Shown here piece after piece: positions 23,269 through 39,000 of a DNA stretch of 64,000 nt. Below the pieces are notes generated by a model. It did no database searches. It was not told where the DNA came from and saw only the letters and a program-made list of their open reading frames with translations. The stretch's first letter is position 1. Each line of letters begins with the position of its first letter. The stretch covers positions 48,794,001-48,858,000 of the forward strand of contig NC_043000.1 of the NCBI RefSeq assembly GCF_006345805.1. The letters run 5' to 3'. This stretch comes from Octopus sinensis. Its lineage: Eukaryota. The position numbers and the translations under genes are program-made.

Positions 23269-26200
23269 ATAACATAACAGTATTTAATTTGGTTAATACA
23301 CATCACACCTTGTTTCACTTTCAAACACTAACGGTACCCCATTAATCCATACTTCAAATGACACGCGGGGGCAAATTGATCTGATAATACACATGTCTTG
23401 TTATATCATTTGACGAATTAGAAGATACATTACTTTTTGATAAGTTAATAAAATAAGTTTAAATGCTAAATTGTGTAAATCTAAAAAAATTTTCTATCAT
23501 TTCGGATGATTCAAAATTCTCATTATTCATACTTTACAAATGCATTGGTATTATATGATTTAGATTATTTGTGATTGAATTGTAAACAGAATAATTTACG
23601 GTTGTTATGTATTTATTAATCTAATCTAATTTATAAGATATTAGGCAAGACTATTCAAAGGTGCTGGTCAGTATAACCTGTTAATCATTTGGCAAAATAC
23701 GTGTGTATGTGTGTGAGCATGTGTGTATGTGATTATGAATATACGTGTGTACGTGTGTGAACGTATATGTGTATGTGCGTTTGATGTGTGTGTGTGTGTG
23801 TGTACGGCAATGCTCATTACATGAACTGCAATATTGGATGTGCGTGTGCATTATGAAAGACAGATATGAAGGAGCGAGAATTTCATTCGTGACTATTATT
23901 TTCATTATAATGTCTCTGACTTGCAGGGCCACCTAATATCAAAGGAAAAACAGAAGGGAAATTAGTTGTTAGTGATATTAATGAAGAGGTATGAACGACA
24001 TCATCTTACAATAGTGTCTAATTATCAATTCTGATAGAAAAAATAACACGCAATTCCTCGAAATATCAGTGTTATAATTTAGCTGCATAATGTTGCCAAG
24101 ACGGGTTGTCAAGTAACGCACGTTTATAAGGATGTTAATTTCCGGTACCTACCTCTCAGATCATCATATCTCTAAAAGTAATTCTACTAGATACACGCGC
24201 AAATAAATACAGATAAACACACACAGGCATATATAACTATATATCTATCTATAAACTCACTCCCACATTCTTTCATAAACGTGTGTGTGTGTGTGTTACC
24301 GATAGAGCAATGGCCAGGGTGTGAAAGGGAGCGGAAGATGAAACTGGTAAAAATGAAAGGTGTATTGATGTATACTATGTTAAACTGGGCTGTTTGTGCG
24401 TGCATGTATTGAAAGAAGACTCATAGTTTTGACGACAAAATGCAGAGACATGAATGTATAAATCCAATTTTATCGACTTTACGATCTTATATATGTAGAT
24501 TTCTTCCGCATTGTTGAAACGATTGACAAAGTTTCTCAATATCTTCTATTAAATGGGAATCCTACAAATATCTGTCACTTGAGAATATTTCATATATTAA
24601 AGAATCTATCGGGATTGTCTTGTAATCTTCAGCAAATCAATCAATGTTTTGCTGTCATTAGCTCATCCATTTCAAAATTATCTGCTGCATAGCAATTTTT
24701 CTTTACAAACTGAATATAAGTTGAAAGAATAGTTTTGAGAGAAATTGTCTGTCTTTTGCCAAGCGATTGCTGAAAATCGAATGTTTGAATAGATCAGTGT
24801 TAATGTAATCTGTCAACAAACGGAAAATTAACCTGTCGCCTGGAATGTACATATGCTTTATACGACGAAACATGCAGAATACAGATTCTGAATAACATAC
24901 ACCATCGACCTGACCATTGCGAAAATATAAGAAACACACAACCAATCACAAGAAGTTGATTATCTTTTGTTATATCTAGTTAAGAGATTTCTGTTGCCGT
25001 ATCGGAGATCAATAAATTGCCTATGGCAGTTGTAATAAGACTATAAGTATGGTGTTAAAACTACATCTTAGGATGATTCAGTTCTCCTCTGTTTAGCTGC
25101 ATTTCTCCTTTACTTTCAGAGACGTGTCTTTGGTATGTATGAAAGAAAATATGTACATGTCCTTAGATATTTTAAACATCAATCAAGCAGAAATATGAAT
25201 TGTATATTTTTTCGTTCGAGATCGTTCTGAAAGTAGATGTAAAATAAAATGACATAAGCGTACAAAAATATTTTTTCCTTTCACCCAACCTATATATTTT
25301 ATTTCCATTATTATACTACAGAGGTACTGAGACATTCCAATTTCGTAGAAGGAACCATATATCTTAGTAATTATTCAGAAGATATTCAGATATCACTTAA
25401 GGGTACTGCCACATAGCATAAATGTTCGAGAAGTTGTTTATGGGTTGTGACAGGTAATAACATAGACTTGGATATTGAAATATAGAATGAGATATATTAC
25501 CAAGAAGTAATTTCATTGCGCTCTACAAAGAAAGGCGCGAATAACATGTTTAATATTCTACACAAAGTGTAATGGCAGTCAATGGAGTGAGTGACGTTTT
25601 CAAGAAAATAAGCAGATTATCCAGTTCAGTTGCAATGATGACAGTAATTGATCCGTTGAGAAGGAATTTAATACTATGAAAATTATCTTGAAACAGAAAG
25701 TGATAGAATTAAGAGGAGAATTATATTATCTATCCTCCGATGTGAACAACAATATTCTAACAAATGATTATTCTAACAGATGATTACGTTGGCAAGAAGG
25801 TGATAATGAAATAATAGTATATTTATATTGAGAAGATCTAGAGGAAGATAAGCTATGTTGCATCAACTAGTAGAAATATTCTGATGCTAGATTTCACTTT
25901 TTAAATAAGACAAATATTATCCTCTAGTTATAATAAACACGTATAGAGTATTGGTGATGGGAGGGATTAGGTATACTGAATGAATATGAATTTTTTTACT
26001 AAACCCATTGGAGAAAATATGCCAGTATATTCTGCATATAAATCATTCGATAATTATTTACTTTGTCTGTATCTCATTATATGAATACTGTTGAATATTG
26101 CTAACCATTGCGATAATTATAAGGCAATTCCACGTAATGGTCTCTAACTTAATAAATGCGGTATATATTTCTCTTTTTGAGAATACTACAAACATGTTTT

Positions 26201-27506
26201 TCATTCGTGCTATATTTTAGGACCATATAAAATGCTTATAAGCGGTCAAGTCTTGCTGATGCGGTACGTAGTTAGAATCTTTAATTCCTTAATCTAAAAG
26301 CACCAAATACATTGCTTCTAAAGTTATTAGTAGATTTTAATGATGTCTTAGTCCAGTGGATCTCGTGAGTTCTTGCGCGTTCAAAACTTATTGGTTTTGT
26401 AAAATACACAATGGTTCAGAGATACGCCGAGCTGCTCCGCATTAAAAGGAAATTTTACAAGAAGTAGAATCTTCCAAATATGTTGTGAGTAGAGATTCCC
26501 CGAGAGAGGGTTTTGTGTTACGTACTTTCAAGAGTGATAATGTAACAACCAATGAGATTAGGAATAATTAGAACGACCATGGACTTACTTCAGAATACCT
26601 AAATAATAATAATTGAATGCTTTCACCACTAAATATTTCAGATTTTACATATAGTATTATTATTATTCCTTAGAAAATGTGGAGCGTTGAACACAGTGCT
26701 TCTTTGCTTCTACTGTATACGCATATACTCAAATATATGTACCCGCAAACTATTTGCGTATATACACGAGATTCTATTGCTAGTGGATGTTTGTTTTGAA
26801 TTTACCTAATCTAAGCTGTGCATCTGTGAGCGATAAATGTGTTCCTGTCTAAAACGTTCTTTAAATGCTTTCATGTGTATTCTTTGTCTACTATAGACTC
26901 GAAATACCTCTTCAAATTACTTTCGACATATTCTAGGTAGATGAAAACCTAAGCTCTTCTCTCTGAAATTTCTATAGAATATTTCGATTTTACATATATA
27001 TTCCATTGTATTTACAAACGTAATTTCAGTTTTAATTTTCTTTTCTTCATTCATTTCCTGTGTAGACTTGTCGGATCCTCTCACTGAAATATTTTCGAAC
27101 AATATTATTCGTTTGTTGATGCTTAATCGATCTCTCTTCGTGATGGTTATAATAAGTTTAATGTGACAATAGACAAAATGGTGATAAAACGTTAAGTAAA
27201 ATTTCGTTCATATAACTCTATGAATCATCGAATTATTTTGATAGTGGCAGTATTAGGTTTCAGGTTTATCTGTGATAGATGGCTATATTTCAACTATATC
27301 TGCAATTTACACAAATATCTGAGGCCCATAGATATTGCGTAAAGCAAAAGTTAGAAAAATAAAAGTAAATAATCCAAATAAGCTTTTACCAGATTGTGTG
27401 GGTTCCTCTGTGAAAATGCTTTGAAAGTTACTTAAGTTAGCACTATATAGCTGCACTATAGCTCTGTCATATGAATTATTTCTTTACTTATAGATCTACT
27501 TTTCCG

Positions 27507-27537
<31 letters not shown>

Positions 27538-28695
27538 TGTATGTATGTATGTATGTATGTGTGTGTGTGTGTGTCTGTTTGTGTGTGTGTGTGTGTGTGT
27601 ATGTCATTATTCAGTATTATTTCAAGAGTTTTGCCAATAGAGAAAGAGCCGGTTTCTAACCTAGATCTAAGGCTTCTTCATGGAATTTCAACAACATCAG
27701 CAGGATATTTTAGTGGGTATGTATGTATGTATTTATGCATGTATGTACGTATATATGTGTACATGTATGTAAACGTGCAGATTCATATGTTTTGTTTTAT
27801 GCTTGTCTTCTTATGCATATACTTGCATATCTAGACATGCTTTATAAATATTAAAATAATAAACTTCTGGAAAGTTTTACACATGTTTACAGTTCCAGTA
27901 ATGAATTGGATCAGTAGCCTTCGAATAAGATTTCTCCTTTCTCGTTTTGAGAAGCTTACGTATGTATGTGTTTGTGTGTGTGTGTTCGTGCGCGCACGAA
28001 TATATGTATGCATGTATGTTTATATGCATGTATGCTTATGTGCATGTATGTATGTATGCATGCATGTATGTATGTGTGCGGACGTCACAGGTAGTAGTAT
28101 CCAATCGTGAGGAACTTTATTATAATATTTCACCTCACATGCCTTTATTAAGTTCAACAATATTTTATCTGCTTAGTTTCTATGAAGAGCATTTCAGACT
28201 CCAGAATTTCAGGTCGGCTATTAGTCTTAAGTGTAGATATATATATCTTGGAGACAAATTTCCCAGGTGCTTTGTATGAATGTAATTGCCTCATTATCTG
28301 TAATACACGTGATCTGGTTTTGTGTGGAGATTACAAACATAATATATCATATCAAGGAATGTAAGATTAGCGGAGTTTTTGTGGCTCTTTCAACTGTTTA
28401 TTTTTATATATAGATTTCTGTGAGTGACTGTAAACTAGAATGATTAGACTTTTCGTATCGCAGGATATTTCCCGCTGAATTGCTTCGAAATCTTAATATT
28501 TGTCATGGATTTTTCCAAACCTTTTTGTCAAATACTATCTCTATAATATATTATTTAGTATCTAAGACGTTTTTCAGCCCGAGTTTCATTATCATCATTA
28601 TGATTCAGAATATCCTCGACGTGTTAAATTTTTGGGGGGTGGGGTCGTGGAAAAATATGGTAGCCGTCGTAATTTGAGAATGTGTTCTTGATACA

Positions 28696-29783
<1,088 letters not shown>

Positions 29784-31598
29784 TTAGTTTTTGTAGTTGG
29801 AGAAGCGGTGGGCAAGAAGAAGCTAAAAAACCCTTCGAGCAGCTCGTAAGTTTTGTTTTAATTCTTTCATAGATATATGTTCAAGATCTTTGCTCTGGGC
29901 TTTACATTCAATTCCTAAACGCTCCGATGATCTTCTCTATTCTGCTGTATCTCCGCCCTTTGAGGCAAAATTTCTTACTCATTTTGTAAAATTTACTAAC
30001 TTCAAAACCAAAAAAAAAAAAATAAATAAGTGAATGAGCATTATACCGAATCTTTCGGTAAAAAACTATTCTTAAACTAATACATACACTACAATCACCA
30101 AAACTAAAATCTTCATGATCAGTAACGCAACTTTTCCACGTTGACCCTATAAATTTTACTGTAAAACGGAAAATTGTGAATTTCGGAGTTTCTAGCTTTT
30201 ATATTCAGCAAACTAGTACGGTGCTCTCACGAAGGCTTACCATTCCTTTACAAAAATATGTTGCAAAATATTTTACCACACATCAGATAGAATATTACTT
30301 AAGGAGAATTCTCACACTAATATACTTCTCACAAAAATAGATTAGAAATGGGGACATTTTAATATTGTAATATAGTGATAAAATTAACATGCAAACACAT
30401 ATAAAATATATAACATGTGGCAACTGACATAAAATCTCAACGGTCAAAGATTTGACCACAACAGACAACGAAGCGTGCGAGTGCTGACGCTTAAGAAATA
30501 GTAAAAGAAAAACTGGGTGGGAAAGTCTACATAAATTCAAACTCTAAGATACAACACAAACGCCAAATATATCCAATTCTTGGAAATTAGATTGTAATGA
30601 TCTGGAAACGATTTTCCACAGAACTATGTTTTATCTAAACTTATTATTGCTATTATTATTATCGCTTGAATTTTTAATCTGTTTGGTCACTGTCATCAAT
30701 GTTTTTTTAATTTGAAATGGCCTAAATCGGCTCGGCTCTCACATCAATAAAGCACCCTAATAAAAGCTGGTTGATATTCGCGCTCATGTTATAAATGTTA
30801 CGCAAAGGTTTATGACATTTCTGTTCTATAATTGCGTTCCAAAGCTGCTATAAGTTTTATTTTAGGATAAATCATGCTAGAAGGATTACTTCTAGAGAAC
30901 ATGTCATTAATTATTATTACGCCTGTCAAGCTGACTACTTGTTAATTTACTTTTTGTTTTCTTTCATTTAGATTTTCCTTCGCTATAATTGCCTTGAACG
31001 AAAATAAAAAAGAACAGCTTCAGCAACAGAAAACATCTTACATGTAAAAAAGTTCTTTGCAAGTTATGCTGGCCTTAAAATGTGACTCCCCACGAATCAG
31101 AGTATTCTGCGATAGACAGTATTCTCTGCTAGCTGCTGCTGTACGATATACAGACATGTTTAATCAGTAACGACATGGTATAATTAGTCAGGAGAAATAT
31201 GTATAAAGACTTCAACGAAGCAACTAAAGTGAAAAATTGCAAGTTGATGAATTAATTTTTTTTACACCGGTAACTCATTGCCTTAAACAATCTGGTTTGA
31301 ATTTCGAACAAATTAAAAATTCACAAAGAAATCGACTGTAATTCATAAATTTCACGAAGGTTTAATTCCGCTGTATATTTCTTAAAGCATTCTAATCGTT
31401 GGAAATACACTGGTGACCCAAAAATGACTATATGATGCTTCAATGGGAAATGTTTAAAAGCCTAGTAGTGTACTTTTCAACAGACTGTGGGGCTACGAAA
31501 ATCAGAAAATACCTCTTTTAAAGTTAATTTTAAGGTTGTTTATATAAATTCGTATAAAAATTCTTTCAAGTCATATTTCATAATTGGCAGAACATGGT

Positions 31599-31651
31599 GA
31601 GAGTCTTTGAGAGTCTTGAGAGAGTCTTGAGAGAGTCTTGTGAGAGTCTTT
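31599..31651 (+). repeat. Minisatellite, about 5 x (ga)gagagtctt, inside a decayed family A copy
   Basis: Direct repeats visible; flanked by tggcagaa (head) and gactttgcctttcattctttc (body). Confidence 0.7.
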
Positions 31652-32490
31652 CGAGGGTGAGACAAGATGATCTGACTTTGCCTTTCATTCTTTCATGCTC
31701 GATAAAATCGCATTAAACCAAAGCGTTATTTTTCCCGGCACTGTGTTCTGAGTTTAAATCCAGACGTGGTAGAGTTATCCGTCACCTGGTTGAACATCAC
31801 CACTGCCACCTGGTTCTTGAATGCCTTTAGCAAAACTCATCTCTTGCAAACATCATTCAGCCTGTTTCTCTACATGAGGCAGTCTGCTTTCCTTTTAGTG
31901 ACACGGAATATTATATATGTTTCAAGTTTCCATTAATCTTTTGTATTTATCGTTTTTATCGTTTTTATGATATATTCTTAGCTTTTATGGGAAGGTTTAC
32001 TAACCTTGTGCGTTTCTGAATATCTGTTCTGGTTCTTATATCAATTTGTTTTTAATATTACCCAAGAAGCACAGAACAATTTTTAGGGAACAAGACAATT
32101 GTATCATTCATCAAAATTAAACGAAATACAAGAAACTGCTTGCCGAATTAATTGGAGTTTGGTGCGCCGATTTGGCGATAATAATTGTTCTACTTCAATC
32201 TATGCATGAACATGATTATTAAGTCCCTTTGAACCAGTCAAACTATCTATCTACACGTTCTGTTCGATGATACTTTTTTTATCTAATAAGCTTACCGCCT
32301 GTGCAGTAAAAACGTATTTCATTAGAGTTACTTTGTAATCGCACACGATCATGTTGTTAGGAGTACAGGGACTGGAGAGAAAGAAAGAGACAGAGAAGGT
32401 GGTACAAGAAAGTTTGGTTGGTAAGAGTAATCATTAGCTATCCTTTGTTTCATCCTCATTTTATAGAAAATAATGTATTTCTATGATCTA

Positions 32491-32743
32491 GTGGAGACAC
32501 GTGGCTTAGTGGTTAGAGTGTTGGACTCATTATAGTAAGATAATGGTTTCGCTTCCTACACTGGGCGATGGGTTGTGTTCTTGTGCAAAACACTTCACTT
32601 CGAGTTGCTCCAGTCATCTCAGCTGTCAAAAATGAGTTAGCTTGTGAGAGACCGGCGCTCCGTCCCGGAGGGGAATTTATACGCCATAAAACCGGAAAAC
32701 TGGCCTTATGAGTCGGCATAACTTGAGAAGGTAACTTTATCTT
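32491..32743 (+). mobile_element. Family D tRNA-derived SINE, full length
   Basis: A-box tggcttagtgg, B-box-like ggtttcgcttcc, central gctccagtcatctcagctgtcaaaaatgagt (CORE-like by recollection). TSD tatttctatga at 32476-32486 and 32744-32754. Confidence 0.85.
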
Positions 32744-33104
32744 TATTTCTATGACCTTACACACAAAAAGCAACTTATACTTCAAAATTATTGTCCTCGA
32801 AATGTGCCATTGAATTTACTAATGATTTTATATTGAGAATGTTTGTTTAACGGGTTTCAATTATTGGACTCCGGCGATAAAGAGGCACTGACTCAGAGAT
32901 ATTAAATTTTTGTATCGTACCTCATCACTTACTGAAGTCTATTACATAATTTATGGATATCTTTTCATCGAATGGTTTATGGTATCTTTGAAATAACACC
33001 CTTTTTTACTGTTGTGAATTCCATACATACAAAAATGTATGACGAACTACAGCAAAAATTATACTGACAATGTGATTCCCTTTTTATAGCATAGACGAGA
33101 TTGA

Positions 33105-33183
33105 ACTAGTCTTTGGGTCGTGAAATCGAAGCCGTAATCACATGGTTGCGAAAAAGTTTTCTGACCATACGTCCATACCTACA
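33105..33183 (-). mobile_element. tRNA-like SINE head fragment (family B-like)
   Basis: Minus strand gtaggtatggacgtatggtcagaaaac..gcaaccatgtgattacggcttcgatttc. Confidence 0.5.
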
Positions 33184-33562
33184 CTTTTGTTGGCGTAACT
33201 TATGTGTCTAGGCTATATGTAAAAACAAAAATAAGTTGTACTAGATAATTTTATAATAGACGCCCTTGGAATTAATCGATAACTTGGGGTAAATCGTGGA
33301 CATGACATTTACTTGACAGGAAACAGATAAGTATATGATATCACATTTATGCTTATTACTAATGATTTTATACGTTTATGAAGTTATTAATGATATGATA
33401 CTGTAATAGCAAATATATCTGTTATAAATTTGGCTTCTCTTCATGATACTTCCTATTCAGTTTGATACTGTGCTTATGAATTACTAATAAATATATGCAT
33501 TTTATTTAGCAGATGAAGTGTTTTGAAGTGCAATAAATATACTTCATTATTCTAGCGTCGTA

Positions 33563-33595
<33 letters not shown>

Positions 33596-33758
33596 CTATA
33601 TATATATATATAATATGAATTAGAGATAAAAACACTATTAGGCAACTCACACACTGATAGACATAAACCAATATATAAATAACAAATAATATAAATATAA
33701 TTAATATAATATATATAAAAAATATTAAAATATACTGCCTAATATTATTATATATATA

Positions 33759-33793
<35 letters not shown>

Positions 33794-34119
33794 GACAATT
33801 TGTGATACTTTGGGGAGTAAATGATTATTCGTCGGTTCCATAGGTAAGCTTAAACCTTCTGAGTGTATTTATTTATCATTGGCTTAAACTCGTATGTTTC
33901 AAGTTTCATGGGTTAAATATACCATTAACAGTGTTTTTACTTCATCATCATTTTATTCGCTTCTGTTGTTATATGATGTTTGGTTATGCTATTAAGTAGA
34001 AAATAAATTCGATGGTATTCGAAGTGTATATCGCAACACGCAGATCATATTGTACCAACAAAATTACACATTTTCATGGAAGCACGCCGTACATATAGAC
34101 GCACGTGTGTCTGCGTATA

Positions 34120-34316
34120 GGGGCTGGAGTGGCTGCGTATAGGTCCAGGCATTGCTGTGTAAAAGCGCAGGCGTAGCTGTGTGATGAGAAGCTTGCTCCA
34201 ACCACATTTTCAATACCACTGCGTGGCATGTTGGGCTAGTATTTTCTAGTATAGCCTGGGGTCGATTAAAGCCTTGTGAGTGGATATTCCAGATGGAAAC
34301 TGAAAGACGCCTGTCG

Positions 34317-34347
<31 letters not shown>

Positions 34348-34574
34348 TTATGAGTGTGTGCCTTTGTGTCTCTCTTTGTACTCCTTAGCATCGCTTGGCA
34401 TCTGATGTTTACGTCCCTGTAACTTAGCAGTGAGGCAAACGTCACCGATAGAATAATTACTAATCTTACAAATACTAAGTCCTGGGGTCGATTTCTTCTA
34501 CTAAAACATCTTGAATGTGGTGCTTCAAGATGGCCGCAGTCAAATGACTGAAACAGGTAAAAGAATAAAAGAAT
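34120..34574 (+). mobile_element. Family B SINE with triplicated 5' end
   Basis: Best-preserved copy: gcgcaggcgtagctgtgtg head preceded by two diverged repeats of the same ~22 nt; tail gactgaaacaggtaaaagaataaaaga. Confidence 0.9.
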
Positions 34575-35001
34575 ACGCATGATATGATGCTTTAATAACA
34601 GATACCTTATATGTTACTTATATTTTCTTATGTTCTCTTCGCAAGCCCTCCTTTACATCAGTGTGTTTAAAATCTGCTAATTAAGTATTGGTGATCAATT
34701 TTAAGTGAAATATACGCAAAGAAAATTAACAATGAGCAGTTTCTTACGCACGACTCAAAAAGTAGCTAGAATTTCCTGAATTCGTAAGGGTTGAGTTTGC
34801 TAGTGGCACAGTATTTTCAAGATATTGGTGGAGAGAAGACTGGTGTATTTTAGATTGATTATCACTAGACACATTGTAAACCTTATTACTACCTTTCAAC
34901 ATATTACTCGTATACCACCCAAGCACTTAGTGTAAGTGTATGTCTTTATACACATACATATATGTATCAAAATGTTTTTTGCATGGACAATATATGAGGG
35001 T

Positions 35002-35096
<95 letters not shown>

Positions 35097-35444
35097 ATAT
35101 ATAAAGACAGAGAGAGAGAGATATATGGATTCTGTACATCACTGTTACTTATTCAGATTCTGTTCACCTAACTTGGAATCTGCACTTTGGAAATCCTATG
35201 GAAAGAACCGTTATAAAAAGAAGTACATGTCTGCATTACCAAGAGCGGATATCTTCACTTAGCTGGGTTGCGTTGTATACACACACGACAGGAATGTTGG
35301 GTACAAATACCCCTACAGGGAGTCTTGATATTCAATATTCAAATAATAATGTGGAGGTGTGCAGATTGTACCGAACTAGCAAGGTGCCTAAATTTAAGTA
35401 CCTAATTCAACTGAATCTTAATTATGTGTGTGCGAGAGAAAGAG

Positions 35445-35476
<32 letters not shown>

Positions 35477-35799
35477 AGTATGTGTGTGTGTATGTGTGTA
35501 CTCCATTCTTTAACTCTTGTATTCCTATTCGCATACTATGGATTCGTGTAATTTTAGCTTTGTAGAGCTATATCGTATAGAGTAAATGTAATTATGTTAT
35601 TGTTATTCAATTTTCTGCCAACAAAATTTTGTGTGTCACATGGGTTTCACTGGATGAATTGTTACTTGGGATTTGGCTAATAAATTTAAATGCAATTACA
35701 AGTAGTTTGGTAAAATCTCTAGCTTTAGGAAAACGTAAAAGGTTGAATATTTGCAGAAGTACTGAAGTTAGTGAAACACGTAATGATTAAATCACAAAA

Positions 35800-36301
35800 T
35801 GATGTTAACGTTTCTGCCATCTCACCGTCTTTGAATATATCTTAATACTGGATACAACTTTTTAGGCGGAGAACTGGCAGAATCATTAGCACACGGCATT
35901 AGCATGCAGAGTTGGCATACTTAGCAGCATTTCGTTCTGAGTTCAAATTCTGACGGGGTTGATTTTATATTTCATCCATTTCGTAACGATATAATAAGTA
36001 GAAGTTTAATACAGGGTTTGGTGTGATAGGGTAAACCTTACACTTACAGAACTTGCTGATCCTGTGCCAAAGTTTGAAACCAATATAATATTAAATTCAA
36101 TTTTTGGCAGAAACCAGCTATTTCTGGGGAGTGGGGAAGTGGATTACATTGAACTGATTGTTTAACTGGTACTTATTTTATCGAATTTGATCGGATGACA
36201 AAGGAGATCTCGGCTCAACTTGAACACAGAACATGATGACGGACGAAATGCTGCAAAGCATCTGACGCAGCATAGTAACGATTCTGACGGCTCACCGCCT
36301 T
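35800..36301. mobile_element. Family A SINE cluster: minus head fragment (~35800-35830), plus copy (~35864-36083), minus copy (~36097-36301)
   Basis: aggcggagaactggcagaatcattagc at 35864 and its reverse-complement form aacgattctgacggctcaccgcct at ~36278-36300. Confidence 0.8.
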
Positions 36302-37781
36302 CGAATATATTTTAATATTACCAAGAATAAATTCAGTCGTTATGTATGTATCTTATTAAACTAGTTAAATGTATATTAACAAATATAATCTATTTATATG
36401 CAGGAAACGCGTATTTCCAGGAATTTTGTAAATACACCAGCTGTCAATAAAGATATATTTTAATTCCTGTCTAAAGTTCTTTACTTCATAGGTTAATTTA
36501 TTTTAGTAAGTCTTGGAGTAATACCCTCTTATCAGAACCGCCCATCTATATTGTCTGTGTTTCAGATGAGTTTATCCAAAAGGAATTAATTTGAATATGA
36601 TGTCTGTTCGTGTGTGTTTCTCTCTCTCTCTCTCTCTGCTTTCTATAAGCTGCAAAATACATGCGGTAATAGATAAGAATTTCCAAGTATAAATACTTAT
36701 CAGTGTTATGAAATATACTTTTGTTGTATTTTCTTCAATAAATATGTCTACAGAATAAATACCAATACGGAATTTTCATCCATTTGGAGAAGCTTACAAC
36801 TACTGGGATTTGGAACTAAATGCACAGATTAACACTCGTGATATTTCAATCTGCTTCTCTGCCTGAATAAGTATTATGATATGAGTACCCGTCAGGAATA
36901 TCTACACCAGTAAATATATTATATGCGAAAGAATCATTTGCTGGATGCCGATTCATTGTTCAGAACTATATATAAATTACTTAGTGTTTGAGGGAACGTA
37001 GAACTATATTACTTCATGATAAGCTAAGATAGGACTGGAAAAAAACGACGTTGATAATATTAATAGAGAGGATATAAGAACTTTTCTGCTTCCAGATTTC
37101 ATAGCTACACAAAAACGTAACGTACAGGAACCCAATGTAATTTATATCATAATATAATATTTGCTTATGTCAACCTAACATCACTGTGTTTACAACTGAA
37201 TTTAGAAATAAATCTATTCTTGACTGAAGCAAAATTATTTCACATACACTGCTGATACTTTGAGACAGGAATCAGTGAAAGGATATTGTATTTCCCATTA
37301 TAAATCAGACATATATATACAAACAAATCAATAACTGATTTGTTTTCATCATGTCATCAAGTTTAATCGGTAAGTTAAATTTAGTTAGGATGCATGAGAT
37401 TTTTTTTTTGGAGACACACAAATATGAGTATAAATATATTGTTATAAACAATACCTTAATGATATATGGAGCATCTTAATTCAATTTTCCATTCAATGAG
37501 TCTTTTGTCATAAAGTATAAGTATGACAAATGTATTTCGTGCGAAGAGGCGTTTCATAACAAATAGAATCCGTTGTGGTTTGTACAGTAACATGTACGAA
37601 ATACAAATTATTAGACTTACTTGAAAGACTACAAAGTAATCTGTCGTTACCAAAATAAAAACTGAGATTTACATCAAACACACACACACACACACAGGGA
37701 GACCGTAATTTCGGTAGCATGGCGGTAAACGTCCACGCGGAGACTTGAGTTCAATACGCCGTGGGGTATATTACTTATTCT

Positions 37782-38185
37782 CAGCGGCAGATGTGACTAC
37801 TTTGTAAGTAGTTTGCTTCCGAACTGCAGCGTTCGGGGTTCAGCTCCAGCGCGGGGCACCTTTGGTGAGTGACTACTGCTATATCCCCAGACAAATCAAA
37901 GCTTTCGAGTGGATTTGTTGTTGAGAAACAAAAGGAAACATTATGCAGGTGTGTGTGCATGTGCATGTGTGTGTGTGTGTGTGCGCGGGCGCGTTTTACA
38001 CTACAGCTGCTAGACAACTGCTGTTGGTTTGTTAACTTCTCTGTAGTGTAGCTGTTTATCAATAAAGAACGAGATGATATGTACTAGGTACAAATTAAAT
38101 ACTGGGATTGATTCGTTGGACTAAAACCCTGCAACATGTTGCCTTAGCGCTGCCGCAGTCTTATAAATGAAACAAATTAAAGAAC
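37782..38185 (+). mobile_element. Family B SINE, diverged
   Basis: gtttgcttccgaac..gggttcagc..ggcacctttgg..gagtggatttg..(TG)n..ctgggattgattcgttggactaaaa..gccgcagtc. Confidence 0.75.
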
Positions 38186-38429
38186 ATAAGCCAAATTTGC
38201 TCCAATAAAGGAAAGAAATATGTAATGACCATTATTTTTGACTTGATTCTAACACACTCGCACACATACACATATACATATATAAATTTACTATGACAGT
38301 GTAGTTAGTAATCTTTACTAGTGACAATATCACTGTATCCACGTTTATGTGCAGTGAAAAAGTGAACCTATATCACTTACATTATTGTCACCCTTCTGAC
38401 GCAAACCGAACGAAAGAAGTGTATTGTTT

Positions 38430-38461
<32 letters not shown>

Positions 38462-38464
<3 letters not shown>

Positions 38465-39000
38465 GAGAGCACATAGGTGTGTGCGTAATATGTTTGGTAT
38501 GACATGAATTGTGCCACATCCTCAGATTATGGGGGTGGGAAATACCGATGGTTGCAGCGTTGATACTTATATTTATGGCGTGGTCTGCCAGCAACCAAGT
38601 GCAAATATACTCTCATATGATATGAAAATTTCTCTTTTACTGTTTAACTAGATATCGGGGTGTCGAGAGTTATTTAGTATCATTGTTTTCTCCCCGCCAG
38701 CCATAGCGTGCAACATCCACTGCTATTCATGTTAGGTTTTCCTTTTTTGAGCACTCTCCAATTCATGCTGTATTCCACAGCTCTTTCTTTCGACGACTAT
38801 ATGTGCCTTGCTAAACCTGTCCCATTTCTCCTTTCCTGGATATTGTAGGCCGATTTGTTGTTAAATCTGGTCTTAAGGGTACCTTCTTTTGAGCTCACAT
38901 ATCTTCGTACATTCGTCTGCCTGCTTGGTCCCCATGATGTTCTCTCACTGTGCAATAGTTTTTTGCAAATTGATTTCCAGTTTTAGACAGATTTCTACAC
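38462..39000 (-). pseudogene. Penelope-like retroelement GIY-YIG endonuclease remnant with 3' region
   Basis: From 38886 down: EGTLKTRFNNKSAYNIQERRNGTGLARHI*SSKERAVEYSMNWRVLKKGKPNMNSSGCCTLWLA, then after a frameshift EKTMIL..LNSKREIF. It aligns with the 61.5 kb remnant and the PLE EN pattern (FKxRY, TxLSxHIW, W, CxLC, LNxRxE). Ends at (TA)n. Confidence 0.85.
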
